Shown here: one piece after another, positions 9,466-20,017 of the stretch
Position numbering within the stretch: the first letter of the stretch is position 1
Layout: every line of letters starts with the position of its first letter
Assembly: GCA_041694885.1 (NCBI GenBank)
Contig: JBGFRX010000016.1
Span: 86-64,085 of the forward strand
Source of the DNA: Candidatus Micrarchaeota archaeon
GTDB lineage: Archaea; Micrarchaeota; Micrarchaeia; Anstonellales; Bilamarchaeaceae
Reading direction: 5' to 3'
Length of the DNA stretch: 64,000 bases
Notes under the pieces: generated by a model
What the model was told of the DNA's origin: nothing
The model's database searches: none
The model's input: the letters and a program-made list of their open reading frames with translations, nothing else
Translations under genes and position numbers: made by a program

Positions 9466-12400
9466 ATGATGCACATTTCGCGGATAAAGATGCGTGGTTT
9501 TAAGTCGTTTAAATTAGCCGACATAATTTTTCCCCGCGATTTCGTGTGCCTCGCAGGACCGAATGGAAGCGGCAAGAGCAACGTGTGCGACGCGATAAGA
9601 TTCGCTTTCGGAGAAATATCCCTCAAGGCACTGCGCGCGAAAAAAGTGAAGGAGCTGATTTCCCACAGTGCGAAGATGGCCGAGGTGAGCGTGTACCTCG
9701 AAGGTGAGAGCAAGCACGAGATAAGAAGGGTGATACGCGACGACGGCAAGATAATGTACAGACTGGACGGCGAAAGGACCACGCGCACTTCCATTCTGGA
9801 TTTGCTCAAGAAATTCAATATAGACGAAAGTGGAAGGAACACGATTGCGCAGGGCGAGGTTCAGCGCATAGTTACGATGGCTGCAAAGGACAGGAGGGGC
9901 ATAATAGACAGCGTTGCGGGAATTTCGGAATTCGAGGACAAGAAGGAGGAGGCGCTACGCGATCTGGAAGTGGTTGAGACGCGGCTGCGCGAAGCAGAGC
10001 TTATTTTGGGAGAAAAGCTTGGGATGCTCGAAGAGCTCGGGAAGGAGAAGGAGATCGCGCTCAAATACATCGAAAACAGGAAGCAGTTCGCGAACGCGAG
10101 GGGTTCGCTTGTGAAAAAGGAGATGGAAAAATTCGAAGGGGAACTGGAAAAGGCGGTGAACGACCTGCAGAAAATGAATAATTCTCTCAAGGCGAAGGGG
10201 ACGGAGCTCGCAGAACTTGAGGCAAAAATCAAGGCGCACGCGCAGGAGAAGGGCACATTTTTGGAAGAGATAGAGAAAAGGCAGCAACAGAGCGAGACCG
10301 CGAAGAAAATCGAGGCGCTCCGGCTCGCAATAGGAAAAGACAGCCAGGAATTGGAGGAGAAGAATGCATTCGCATCCAGACTCGAAGCGGACATCGCGGC
10401 TGCGAAGGAGGAGACGAAGAAGGAGGCGGAGGAGCTGAAGAAAACCACGGAAGAGCTTGGGAAAGTGGAGGAGGAGCTTGCGACGCTGAAGCCGCGCGCG
10501 CAGGAAGCGGAGAAAGCAACTGCACAATCGCGCCTTGGAAATGCGATCGTGGAGGGAAAGATGAAAATCGCCTCGATGCGCGAGGACTTCATACGCGTGG
10601 AAAGCGAAATATCCGCGTGCACTCAGCTTGCGCTTGAAAAGGAGTCATCGCTTGCAGTACCTGAAATGGACGATCCTGGGCAGGAGGAAAAATTAGCGAG
10701 CGAAACAGAAATACTGAAAAAAGAAGTGGAGATGGCAAAGGCAGGGCTCGAATTGCTTTTTGAGAGGGAGAAGGAGGCGAACGCAGAAATAGCGGATATG
10801 GACAGGCGCATACTCTCGCTCAGAGAGAAAATTGCCTCGCTCAGGGCGCAGAACCCGCGGCTCGCATCCAATGCAGTTATGGATTTCATAAGGAAGACAA
10901 CGGCAAGGGAAAGGAACGCAGGAGTGCACGGCGCGCTTATAGACCTCATAGCTTTCGATGCGAAATACGCGAACGCGATAGAGGCGGCAGCTGGCCCGCG
11001 CCTTCTCTATATAGTTGTTGACGATGCGGAAACCGCTACCTGGCTGATTGCGAAGATAAAGGAGAATGGTGCAGGAAGAGCTACGTTCATACCTTTGAAG
11101 GAGGTGAAGACAGGAAACGCAGCGAAGGGCGAAGGGCTTGGTCCTCTGCTCGATTATGTAAAATGCGATGCTGGGGTGGAGAAGGCGGCACAATACGCAC
11201 TCGGCGAAACGGTGCTCGTTTCTGACATGGCAGAGGCGAAGAAAATCGGGGTGGGAAAGCACAGAATGGTTACACTTGACGGAGAGATATTCGAGAAATC
11301 CGGGGTAATTACCGGGGGGAAAACGAGCACTGGAATAGCTGCAGCAGGCGCGCTTTCCAAACACGAGGCAGAAATCTCTGACCTAAAGGCAGCGCGGGAG
11401 TCGGTCTTCGCGGAAATAGCGGGCATACGCGAGCAGATGTCCATACTGCGCTCCCAGCGCGCGGAGAAGGAGGTGCGCGCGAAATCGCTTGTGATGGAGC
11501 TCGCTGCCCTTCGCGCAGAAGACGAAAAAGCGAAAAAGACGCAGGAAGAAGCAGCTAAAAAAACAGCTGAGATAGAGGCGCTCAAGGCACGGGCAAATGG
11601 CCTCGTTTCAAGAAAGGCGGAGCTGGAAAGCGCAATAGCCGCGCTCTCGGAAAAAATAGCGAAGGATGAAAAAGCGCTTTCAGCAGAGGAGGAGCAGGCA
11701 GCGAAGCAGAACAAGGAAGCGCGAAGGAAGCACACCGAAACGGTCGCGAAGATATCCGCTTTGGAGGTGAGGCGGGACGCGATTTTCAACGAGATAAAAT
11801 TGAGGAAGACGAATCACCACAAATCCGAAAGCAGGCACAAGCAGATGACTGCGGAAAAGTCCGCCTACATTTCCAAGGCGAGCGAAATAGAGCGGCGGCT
11901 CCTGAACCAGAAGGGCGGGCTGGAAAAATTGGAGGCAGAGCTTGCTTCCTCGAGCAGGGACCTCGAGGCGCTTTTCAGGAAGATGAAGGAGAGCGAGGAG
12001 AAAATAACCGCAATGGGAAAGGAGAAGGGCGCGATAGCGGCGGAAACCGAAAAGTATATGAAGGAGGCGAACAACCTGAACGTGAAAAAGGCGACTGCCG
12101 AAACGAAGCTTGCAGACCTAAAAGCGGAATTCGACTCATTCAGGGAATTCGAATTCCTTGACCTTTCCAAGGAGCGGCTTGTGGAAATCGCGAAAAGCGC
12201 TGATGCGTTTCTCGCAGCTAATCAGGCGGTGAACCTCGCGTCAGTGGAGCTCTACGAGAAGAAAAACGCGGAAATAGGAAATGTGAAGGAAAGGATGGAG
12301 AAGCTCAAAGCGGAAAAGGAAGCGGTAATGGGGATGATCACTGAGATAGATGCGAGAAAGAAAGAGACGTTCTTCAGCACCTTTTATGCGGTGAGCGACA

Positions 12401-12849
12401 ATTTCAGGAAGATGTTCAGATACATACTGCACGTTGGTGAGGGCTTCCTTTACCTCGACAAACCGAACGAGCCGTTCGAGAGCGGGCTCTATCTCAGGAT
12501 AAAGAGAGGCACGAAGGAGATGGGGTTGGAATCGCTTTCAGGGGGTGAGAACTCCCTTATCGCGCTCATGTTCATATTCGCGCTCCAGTTCGTGAAGCCG
12601 TCGCCTTATTACGTCTTAGACGAGGTTGATTCCTCGCTCGACAAGGAGAATAGCAAGAATCTCGCGAAACTCATAAAGGAGATGTCGAAAAACAGCCAGT
12701 TCATACTCGTGACGCATAACGACATGGTGATGAGGTTCGCAAGTGCGGTTTTCGGTGTGAGCAAGAGCGACGGGGTTTCAAGAATTGTAGGGGTGAAGTT
12801 TGAGGAAAAAATGGAAAACGCGCCCGCAGCTCCTGAAGTGCTCGTATAA
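9466..12849 (+). CDS. smc: Chromosome segregation protein SMC
   Basis: GFKSF, GPNGSGKSN, hinge GRATFIPL, LSGGE, LDEVD, long coiled coils. Confidence 0.96.
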   Translation: MMHISRIKMRGFKSFKLADIIFPRDFVCLAGPNGSGKSNVCDAIRFAFGEISLKALRAKKVKELISHSAKMAEVSVYLEGESKHEIRRVIRDDGKIMYRLDGERTTRTSILDLLKKFNIDESGRNTIAQGEVQRIVTMAAKDRRGIIDSVAGISEFEDKKEEALRDLEVVETRLREAELILGEKLGMLEELGKEKEIALKYIENRKQFANARGSLVKKEMEKFEGELEKAVNDLQKMNNSLKAKGTELAELEAKIKAHAQEKGTFLEEIEKRQQQSETAKKIEALRLAIGKDSQELEEKNAFASRLEADIAAAKEETKKEAEELKKTTEELGKVEEELATLKPRAQEAEKATAQSRLGNAIVEGKMKIASMREDFIRVESEISACTQLALEKESSLAVPEMDDPGQEEKLASETEILKKEVEMAKAGLELLFEREKEANAEIADMDRRILSLREKIASLRAQNPRLASNAVMDFIRKTTARERNAGVHGALIDLIAFDAKYANAIEAAAGPRLLYIVVDDAETATWLIAKIKENGAGRATFIPLKEVKTGNAAKGEGLGPLLDYVKCDAGVEKAAQYALGETVLVSDMAEAKKIGVGKHRMVTLDGEIFEKSGVITGGKTSTGIAAAGALSKHEAEISDLKAARESVFAEIAGIREQMSILRSQRAEKEVRAKSLVMELAALRAEDEKAKKTQEEAAKKTAEIEALKARANGLVSRKAELESAIAALSEKIAKDEKALSAEEEQAAKQNKEARRKHTETVAKISALEVRRDAIFNEIKLRKTNHHKSESRHKQMTAEKSAYISKASEIERRLLNQKGGLEKLEAELASSSRDLEALFRKMKESEEKITAMGKEKGAIAAETEKYMKEANNLNVKKATAETKLADLKAEFDSFREFEFLDLSKERLVEIAKSADAFLAANQAVNLASVELYEKKNAEIGNVKERMEKLKAEKEAVMGMITEIDARKKETFFSTFYAVSDNFRKMFRYILHVGEGFLYLDKPNEPFESGLYLRIKRGTKEMGLESLSGGENSLIALMFIFALQFVKPSPYYVLDEVDSSLDKENSKNLAKLIKEMSKNSQFILVTHNDMVMRFASAVFGVSKSDGVSRIVGVKFEEKMENAPAAPEVLV

Positions 12850-12863
12850 AAAATTCTTTAACA

Positions 12864-13964
12864 TTAAACGGCTTCCCGTGCGCTTATTATCGCGCTTATC
12901 GTGCCCTTTATCGCATATGCAGAGATTATAACGCGCACGCTATCGTTCTGTTTATAGGGCGTACTGCTTTCGAGCGCGAAAAACATGTCCTCTCCACCTG
13001 TGTTTATCTTCGCGTTGTACAAATACGTGTAATTTCTCGAAAAGTTCCCGAATTCCTGGGCCTCGATTTCCGCGTTTATCACAAGGAGCGAATCCGGGAA
13101 GACAGTCGTGTTCCCTAAGTCAGTCAGCACCTGCCCGGAATTGGTAAAATTCCCGACATAAATGGTGTTCTCTGCTACGAAAGCAACGTATGCGGGCCTC
13201 TCCTCAACAGAGTCGGAAATGTTCGCGAGTACAAAATCCTTTCGCACATAAGAAATATTTCCTTCACCATATTTCTGCGTAATGTTCGCGAGCCCTTCGC
13301 TTATTTCGTATCTTTTCTCCCAGGGAACATAAATGAATGTTTTGATCTGCGCAAGCGCAACCACGCTTGCGTTCGCCTCGATATCCAGTTGCGATGGAAG
13401 GACGCTCACTACTCCGTAAGCGACTATTTTCCTATCTAAGGCACGTACGAAAACGCGCACAGTTATGTTTTCCCCTTCCTCGAAAATCGGCTCCAATTTC
13501 GCGCTTATCTCCCCTCCGGAGATGTTCACGCTTGCATTTTCCGTATATATCTCCACTATGGGGGGCAGGGAAATGAGCGTGTTCGCCTTTCCGCTCACGT
13601 TTCTCGACTGGAGGTAGGAATATACTCCTGTAATATTGGAAGAATTTTTGAGCGTGATCACATATCCCGAGGCGCTTTGCATTACATCCTCGACATCCGC
13701 AAGCACCCTGAATTCCTCTGCAGCGGTCGCGTTGCGCAGCTCTGTGATTATGTAGGGCTGGTAACTCACTATGGTGGCGTTCGCAACTACGTCGCCTTCC
13801 AGATAGCCGGAACTCGCATTGTCGTTCGTCCTTATGCTGCCTCCGTCCTGCCTGCTCAAAAAACCCGCGGCAAAGCTAGACAATATGAATATGAGTATAA
13901 GCCCTATTGCGAATGCCTTGTACATATTTTCTTTTTTGAGTAAGTCGGAAATTTTCACTTCCAT
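12864..13964 (-). CDS. Hypothetical membrane-anchored extracellular (glyco)protein
   Basis: N-terminal TM segment, beta-rich, many N-x-S/T sequons. Confidence 0.75.
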   Translation of the reverse strand: MEVKISDLLKKENMYKAFAIGLILIFILSSFAAGFLSRQDGGSIRTNDNASSGYLEGDVVANATIVSYQPYIITELRNATAAEEFRVLADVEDVMQSASGYVITLKNSSNITGVYSYLQSRNVSGKANTLISLPPIVEIYTENASVNISGGEISAKLEPIFEEGENITVRVFVRALDRKIVAYGVVSVLPSQLDIEANASVVALAQIKTFIYVPWEKRYEISEGLANITQKYGEGNISYVRKDFVLANISDSVEERPAYVAFVAENTIYVGNFTNSGQVLTDLGNTTVFPDSLLVINAEIEAQEFGNFSRNYTYLYNAKINTGGEDMFFALESSTPYKQNDSVRVIISAYAIKGTISAIISAREAV

Positions 13965-14056
13965 TGCGCCCTACCTCTTTAAAAATTCATTAACTGAATG
14001 AAATAGAACAATATTCTTACTTAATACAATATATTTTAAAAAAGGAACTAAGGGGA

Positions 14057-14725
14057 ATGGATAGCATGGCAAAGAAAGGGGATTTCGTAAAAATCGAATA
14101 CACCGGCTATGATGAAAACGGAAATGTTTTCGACAGCACGCGGGGGGAGATAGCGAAGCAGCTTCACGGAAAGGAAGGCGCACTTCTCATAGTGCTCGGA
14201 GTGGATTACATGGTGAAGGGGCTCGAAGATGCGATAATTTCCATGAAAAAGGGTGAGGAAAAGGAGATAGCGCTTGCGCCAGAAAATGCGTTCGGCACAA
14301 GAGACAGACGGCGTTTGAAAATCTTCCCGATAAGCGAATTTTACAGGAACAAGCTCGACCCCAGCCCAGGCTCAGTTATCCAGATGGAGACGGAATACGG
14401 GGTGCTGAACGGGCTTGTGAAGAGTGTGAACAGCGGTCGCGTGCTAGTGGATTTCAATCATCCGCTCGCAGAGCAGAACGTGAAATACCGGCTCAAGCTC
14501 GCGGAGACGATAGAGGATGGAAACGGAAAAATGAGGGAGCTCATGAAAGATCTCAGCATCGAGGGCTCGTTTTTCCTGGAAGATGGTAAAGCAACCATAA
14601 CGATGAAAAAAGGGCAGCAGGAGGATGAGCTGAAGAAGACCCGGCTCACAATCGCGATCAAAAGCACAATTCCGGAAGTAAAGAATGTCGAATTCAGGTG
14701 GATTGAAAACACAAACGGGACGTAA
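14057..14725 (+). CDS. FKBP-type peptidyl-prolyl isomerase (long/SlyD-like)
   Basis: VKIEYTG, VFDST, PENAFG, VDFNHPLA. Confidence 0.92.
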   Translation: MDSMAKKGDFVKIEYTGYDENGNVFDSTRGEIAKQLHGKEGALLIVLGVDYMVKGLEDAIISMKKGEEKEIALAPENAFGTRDRRRLKIFPISEFYRNKLDPSPGSVIQMETEYGVLNGLVKSVNSGRVLVDFNHPLAEQNVKYRLKLAETIEDGNGKMRELMKDLSIEGSFFLEDGKATITMKKGQQEDELKKTRLTIAIKSTIPEVKNVEFRWIENTNGT

Positions 14726-14728
14726 AGG

Positions 14729-15487
14729 ATGTGCGAACTCTGCGAAAAAACGAAAAACAACGCGCAATACAAAGCCCTTGTTTCCAAAATGCACATGGCA
14801 GATAGTGAACGGCTGGAAAATACCAAAAAAGCAGCTGCTTCTTTTTCCTCCATTCTTGCCTATTCAACCATGGAATACCCAATACGTCTCATCGAACCCA
14901 TGTTCGAGCTCAAGATTGCGTTCGCGACCCCGATGAATTATTTTCAGAATCTTTTCGTAAACGGGGAAAGGCAGCCGGCGAATTTCTCCCACGGCGCAAC
15001 ACGCTCCTTGTTTTTTTCCGGAAAGCGACTGGTTTTATTGAGCAAATCAGTGGCTGCGTACGAAGGCAGGGAGATTTTCTCCTCTTTTCTGCTCGCGCAT
15101 TTCGAACAGGGGGAATATTCCATGGATATAAACCCTGAAAACAGGATAGCAATCTCTGCAAATGCACAGAAGCCGGCGAAAAACCTTCTCGGTGGAAACG
15201 TGGAAAAAATAAACATCGAATTCAATTTCGTACAGGAGAGTTTGGGGGGAAAGCTGATAGGGAAGAACGAGGCGCTTGCGTCCACCCTTTTCGTGAACCA
15301 GTTCAAGCGCTCCGGAATGGATGCGCGCGCATGGTTAACTTCCACGGAATATATGTTCGATTATGTTTCGAGCGCAGCGCATTTCTCTCCCCATCCATAC
15401 ATGCTGCGGTTCTGCAAAGAGCTCGGATATGCCAACCAGCGGGATTTCCAGATGCATGCAGCGGACTATTTCAGGGCGCATGTTTGA
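14729..15487 (+). CDS. Hypothetical protein with N-terminal CxxC
   Basis: 252-aa ORF in operon orientation; no recognised family. Confidence 0.7.
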   Translation: MCELCEKTKNNAQYKALVSKMHMADSERLENTKKAAASFSSILAYSTMEYPIRLIEPMFELKIAFATPMNYFQNLFVNGERQPANFSHGATRSLFFSGKRLVLLSKSVAAYEGREIFSSFLLAHFEQGEYSMDINPENRIAISANAQKPAKNLLGGNVEKINIEFNFVQESLGGKLIGKNEALASTLFVNQFKRSGMDARAWLTSTEYMFDYVSSAAHFSPHPYMLRFCKELGYANQRDFQMHAADYFRAHV

Positions 15488-15526
15488 GGGCTTAATTATT
15501 TATACAAAGATTTCCAAATAATTTTT

Positions 15527-16435
15527 ATGACGTCTAAAATTAAGATAGGCATAATCCAGATGAGGATGCACGACGAACCGGAAAAGAACCTCTCGCACGC
15601 CCTTGATTTGATAGCAAAGGCGGCTAAAAAAGGCGCGCAGATTGTCTGCCTTCCAGAGCTCTTCACTGCAAAATATTTTGCGCAGGAAAAAAACAGGAAT
15701 GCAGCAGCCAAATATGCTGAGGAAATGCCCGGTAAAACGACTGCTGTGCTTTCTGCAGCTACACGTGAAAACCAGGTGGTGCTTGTGGCCGGCTCGGTAT
15801 ATGAAAAATCCCGGGGAAAGATGTACAATACTTCGGCTGTTTTTGACGAAAGGGGAAACATGCTCGGAACCTACCGCAAGGCGCACATCCCCCACGACGA
15901 GAATTATTGGGAAAAAGAGTATTTCGAGCCCGGGGACGGCGGATTCAGTGTTTTTGACACCGCTTACGGAAAAGTTGGCGTGCTGATTTGCTATGACCAG
16001 TGGTTTCCTGAGGCAGCGCGAATCGAGGCGCTCATGGGCGCTGAAATTATTTTCTATCCAACTGCGATAGGGAACGTGAAGGGAATTGAACGGGCTGAAG
16101 GGAGCTGGCAAAAGGCATGGGAGAACGTGATGCGCGGCCACGCAATAGCTAATGGAATTTTTGTATGCGCGGTGAACCGCGCCGGCCGCGAAGGCAAAAT
16201 AACGTTCTGGGGCGGCTCTTTCGTGTGCGATGCGTTCGGAAAGACGCTTGCGCGGGCTGGGAAAAAGGAGGAAGTACTTGTTGTGGAGGCGGACCTCGAC
16301 CTGGGCAGGCGGGTGAAGGGGGGCTGGCATTTCCTTGAGAACAGGAGGCCAGAAATTTATTCTGCCCTTACGGGAAAGGTTCCCGGTTCCCCGTTTCCAG
16401 TTCCGAAACTCAAAAAGGAAAACCAGAAACAATAG
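15527..16435 (+). CDS. aguB: Carbon-nitrogen hydrolase, probably N-carbamoylputrescine amidase
   Basis: LPELF, YRKAHIP, EKEYFEPGD, ICYDQWFPEAAR; adjacent to agmatine deiminase. Confidence 0.88.
   Translation: MTSKIKIGIIQMRMHDEPEKNLSHALDLIAKAAKKGAQIVCLPELFTAKYFAQEKNRNAAAKYAEEMPGKTTAVLSAATRENQVVLVAGSVYEKSRGKMYNTSAVFDERGNMLGTYRKAHIPHDENYWEKEYFEPGDGGFSVFDTAYGKVGVLICYDQWFPEAARIEALMGAEIIFYPTAIGNVKGIERAEGSWQKAWENVMRGHAIANGIFVCAVNRAGREGKITFWGGSFVCDAFGKTLARAGKKEEVLVVEADLDLGRRVKGGWHFLENRRPEIYSALTGKVPGSPFPVPKLKKENQKQ
16379..16433. repeat. Inverted heptamer array in aguB 3' end
   Basis: GTTCCCG GTTCCCC GTTTCCA GTTCCG followed by AAACTCA AAAAGGA AAACCAG AAACAAT. Confidence 0.6.
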
Positions 16436-16447
16436 TTTGGTGCATGC

Positions 16448-17503
16448 ATGGACAGGGAAACACCGCAGAAAGCCGGCTATTACATGCCTGCGGAATGGGC
16501 AACGCACGAAGGCACCTGGCTCGCATGGCCCACGAATCCGGAAACGTTTCCTTCGCGCATAATCGCAAATGTGGAACGCGCATATTGCCTCGTGATATCT
16601 GCGCTGAGCCGAGGGGAAAGGGCCAAGGTGCTCGTGAACGATGCGGCTGCGGAAGAAAGGGTGCGCAGACTGCTTGCAGGACATGATTGTAAGGAAAAAA
16701 ACGTTCTTTTTTACCGGATAAAAAGCGCGGACGTATGGATAAGGGATTACGGGCCCACGTTTCTGCTCAACAGGAAAACAGGCAAAAAGGCGACGGTGAA
16801 ATGGAAGTACAACGCTTACGGAGGCAAATATGAGGACCTGCTTTACGATGATATTACAGGAAGAAAAGTGGCTGAGGCGAGCAGAGTCATGATTTTTGAG
16901 CCGGGAATGGTGCTGGAAGGCGGCTCGATAGATGTGGACGGAAAAGGAATGCTTATCACAACTGAGCAGTGCCTGCTGAACACGAATCGGAATCCGTCCA
17001 TGGATAGGGCGCAGATAGAGGAATACTTGTGCGAATATACTGGCGTTTCCAGAATAATCTGGCTCAAATCAGGGATTGAAGGCGATGATACGGACGGCCA
17101 TGTGGACGATTTTGCGCGATTTGCTGCAAACGGAACGGTTTTATGCGCATCCGGAAGCGAGGCTGGTGAGAAAGACGATGCCGTGCTGAAAAGGAATTTC
17201 GAAATTCTGAAAAACGAAACAGATGCAGAAGGGACGGAATTGGAGGTCGTAAAGCTGCCAATGCCCAAGCCGCTTGTTGATAGAGCGGAGAACAGGCAGC
17301 TTCCAGCGAGCTATGCCAATTTCTACGTGGGCAACAAGGTCGTGCTGCTACCGGTATTCGGGGACGCAAATGATTCGGAGGCAATACGGATAATGGGAAA
17401 TTCTTTTCCTGGAAGAGATATAGTCCCAATAATGGCGCGTGAGCTCGTATTCGGCTATGGCGGGATACATTGTATTACTCAGCAAGAACCACAGTCGGAT
17501 TGA
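16448..17503 (+). CDS. aguA: Agmatine deiminase
   Basis: MPAEW, DVWIRDYGP, EGGSI, DDTDGHVD, ASYANF, GGIHCITQQEP. Confidence 0.95.
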   Translation: MDRETPQKAGYYMPAEWATHEGTWLAWPTNPETFPSRIIANVERAYCLVISALSRGERAKVLVNDAAAEERVRRLLAGHDCKEKNVLFYRIKSADVWIRDYGPTFLLNRKTGKKATVKWKYNAYGGKYEDLLYDDITGRKVAEASRVMIFEPGMVLEGGSIDVDGKGMLITTEQCLLNTNRNPSMDRAQIEEYLCEYTGVSRIIWLKSGIEGDDTDGHVDDFARFAANGTVLCASGSEAGEKDDAVLKRNFEILKNETDAEGTELEVVKLPMPKPLVDRAENRQLPASYANFYVGNKVVLLPVFGDANDSEAIRIMGNSFPGRDIVPIMARELVFGYGGIHCITQQEPQSD

Positions 17504-17560
17504 TTTTTTTGCAAATTCGGCGGGCAAAGTTTTTAAAACGAGCTGCAATTATTATCACCA

Positions 17561-18430
17561 ATGTCTCTAATGAAAAAATTTTCCGCCTTATTGCGACTCG
17601 TGCGCTTCGAGCACGCACTTATGTTTGGCCTTTCGGTCCTGATTGCTGAAATAATAGCAACCCAGGGGACGCTTTTCTTCAGCCCAGTGATAATTTTCTC
17701 GCTTCTTGTCCCAGTGTTCAGCGAGATGGGCGCGTTCGCCATGAACGACCTGCTGGACATAGAGACAGACCGGCTGAACAGGAAAACTGACAGGCCTTTG
17801 GTGAGCGGCGAGCTTTCCCAGCAGTTCGCGCTCTGGCTCACAGTGGTTTCGTTCCTGCTCGCGCTCATTTTCGCTTACTTGGTGAGCCCGCTCATTTTCG
17901 TGTTTGCGCTCGCCATGAACGCACTCGCGATGCTCTACAACATGGTTCTCAAGGACCTTCCGCTCCTCGGCAACATATACATCGCGTTCACGATGGCGAT
18001 ACCATTCATCTTCGGGAACTATGTAGTGAGCGAGACGCTCAACCCTGCAAACCTGCTCATCGCGCTCCTGGGCTTCATAGTCGGGCTTGGCAGGGAGATT
18101 GCAAAAAGCGTGGAGGATATGTATGGCGACAAGAAGGCGAGGCATGCGAAAACCCTTCCTGTGATGATCGGCTCGGAAAAATCGCTCACCCTCGCGGGCC
18201 TTCTGTACGCGCTTTTCGCAGTGGTTTCGATTGTTCCATATTATCTGTATTTGAATATAGGACCCGGCTTCGCACTCGTGCTCGCTGCAGACGGGATATT
18301 ACTCTATTCCTCGGTAGTGCTGATATTCTCGAGAAGGAAGGTTCCTTTCCTCAGGGTTTCCAGGAAAACGAGCCTGCTTGCGCTCCTGCTCGGGCTACTC
18401 GGGATATTGGCTTCTGTGCTGGGTTATTAG
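17561..18430 (+). CDS. UbiA prenyltransferase, probable digeranylgeranylglyceryl phosphate synthase
   Basis: NDLLDIETDRLN..DRPLVSG, GREIAKSVEDMYGD; next to GGGP synthase. Confidence 0.85.
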   Translation: MSLMKKFSALLRLVRFEHALMFGLSVLIAEIIATQGTLFFSPVIIFSLLVPVFSEMGAFAMNDLLDIETDRLNRKTDRPLVSGELSQQFALWLTVVSFLLALIFAYLVSPLIFVFALAMNALAMLYNMVLKDLPLLGNIYIAFTMAIPFIFGNYVVSETLNPANLLIALLGFIVGLGREIAKSVEDMYGDKKARHAKTLPVMIGSEKSLTLAGLLYALFAVVSIVPYYLYLNIGPGFALVLAADGILLYSSVVLIFSRRKVPFLRVSRKTSLLALLLGLLGILASVLGY

Positions 18431-18553
18431 AAAGCGGGTTTTATCCGATTGGCACGCGCTATCCTGCAATCCATATGTTATGCAAGCGTGGCTTGCACCG
18501 TGATTCCGGGAAGAGGGCGAACGTTTAAATTCCTTTTTTGCGAGGTCTTTTTC

Positions 18554-19321
18554 ATGAAAACCGGAAAAGTGGAAAAATACATCCACGACGAGCTTGAAAG
18601 GAAAAAAGGGCTGCTGTTCGCGGTAATAGACCCGATGGATTACAAGGACCTTGATGCCGCGGTGAAGACCGCGAAAGACGCGGACGAGGGCGACGCGGAT
18701 GTTGTGCTCGTTGGAGGAAGCACAGGCGTGCAGGGCGAGCTTCTCGATACGGTTACGAAGAGGATAAAGGAAAGTGTGAATGTCCCGGTGGTGCTTTTTC
18801 CGGGCAACATAGGCACTGTTACGAAATACGCGGACGCGGTTTATTTCATGTCTATGCTCAACTCGAAAAACACCTACTGGATTACTGGCGCGCAGATGCT
18901 CGCTGCACCTATGGTGAAGCAGTACGGAATCGAACCCCTTCCTGTTGGCTACATGGTTGTGGAGCCCGGAGGAACCGTGGGCTGGGTTGGCGAGGCGAAC
19001 CTGCTCCGGCGCGAGAGGCCGAAGCTTGCCGCGGCGATGGCATTGGCAGCGCAGTACATGGGATTCCGCATGGTGATTACAGATACAGGAAGCAACCCTG
19101 CGAATGGCCACGTTCCGCTCGGGATGGTCAAAACGGTTTCCTCTGTTTTGGATGTTCCTTACGTTGTTGCAGGAGGAATTCGAACTCCCGGGCAGGCGAA
19201 ATCCATATTGAAGGCAGGGGCTGACATAATACAGGTGGGCACCATATTTGAGAAGGGAGGTGGAGTTCAGAAAATCAAGGACTTCGTGAAGGCGGTGAGG
19301 AAAGGAGCTGGATTGAGGTAG
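18554..19321 (+). CDS. Geranylgeranylglyceryl phosphate synthase
   Basis: VIDP, VGGSTG, VVLFPG, SMLNS, AGGIRT, AGADIIQVGT. Confidence 0.9.
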   Translation: MKTGKVEKYIHDELERKKGLLFAVIDPMDYKDLDAAVKTAKDADEGDADVVLVGGSTGVQGELLDTVTKRIKESVNVPVVLFPGNIGTVTKYADAVYFMSMLNSKNTYWITGAQMLAAPMVKQYGIEPLPVGYMVVEPGGTVGWVGEANLLRRERPKLAAAMALAAQYMGFRMVITDTGSNPANGHVPLGMVKTVSSVLDVPYVVAGGIRTPGQAKSILKAGADIIQVGTIFEKGGGVQKIKDFVKAVRKGAGLR

Positions 19322-19345
19322 TGGTTTTTGTTTCTGGGTGGGAAG

Positions 19346-20017
19346 ATGAACAGGAAATTCATAGAATATTTAGTGCGAAATAAAGTGCTGAAATTCGGCG
19401 ACTTCGTCACCAAGAGCGGAAGGAAAACACCTTATTTCATCACAACCAGTGCACTGAACAGCGGAAAAACGAGCTATGAGCTCGGCGTATTCTTTGCGCG
19501 GAAAATCGCGAAGGTGTTCAGGAACAATTTCGACACGATTTTCGGGCCTGCATACAAGGGAATACCTCTTGCGGTTTCGGTGAGCATAGGGTTGCACAAA
19601 AAAGAGAAAATGGATAAGACGTGGCTCTTCGACAGGAAGGAGGCGAAAGAACACGGCGACAAGGGCGCTTTCGTGGGCGACGGACCGCGCGACGGCCAGA
19701 GGATAATAATGGTCGACGACGTTTTCACCACCGGAGGCACGAAGGACGAAGCGATAAAGAAGCTGAAGTCAGTTGCGAATGCGACCATAATGGGAGTGGT
19801 TATCGCAGTGGACCGTGAGGAGAAGGGAACTGCTAAAAACGCCATAGAGGAATTCGAGGAAGCGAGCGGCATAAAGGTTCATGCAGTGGAAAAGATCTCG
19901 AGCATTTTCAACTACCTGCACAACCGCGAAATAGACGGCCAGGTGCACGTGAACGACGCCATTTTCACTGCCTGCAAGGAGTACATGAAGCAATACGGTG
20001 CGAAGTATGGAAAATGA
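19346..20017 (+). CDS. pyrE: Orotate phosphoribosyltransferase
   Basis: FVTKSGRKTPYF, FGPAYKGIP, RKEAKEHG, VDDVFTTG. Confidence 0.95.
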   Translation: MNRKFIEYLVRNKVLKFGDFVTKSGRKTPYFITTSALNSGKTSYELGVFFARKIAKVFRNNFDTIFGPAYKGIPLAVSVSIGLHKKEKMDKTWLFDRKEAKEHGDKGAFVGDGPRDGQRIIMVDDVFTTGGTKDEAIKKLKSVANATIMGVVIAVDREEKGTAKNAIEEFEEASGIKVHAVEKISSIFNYLHNREIDGQVHVNDAIFTACKEYMKQYGAKYGK

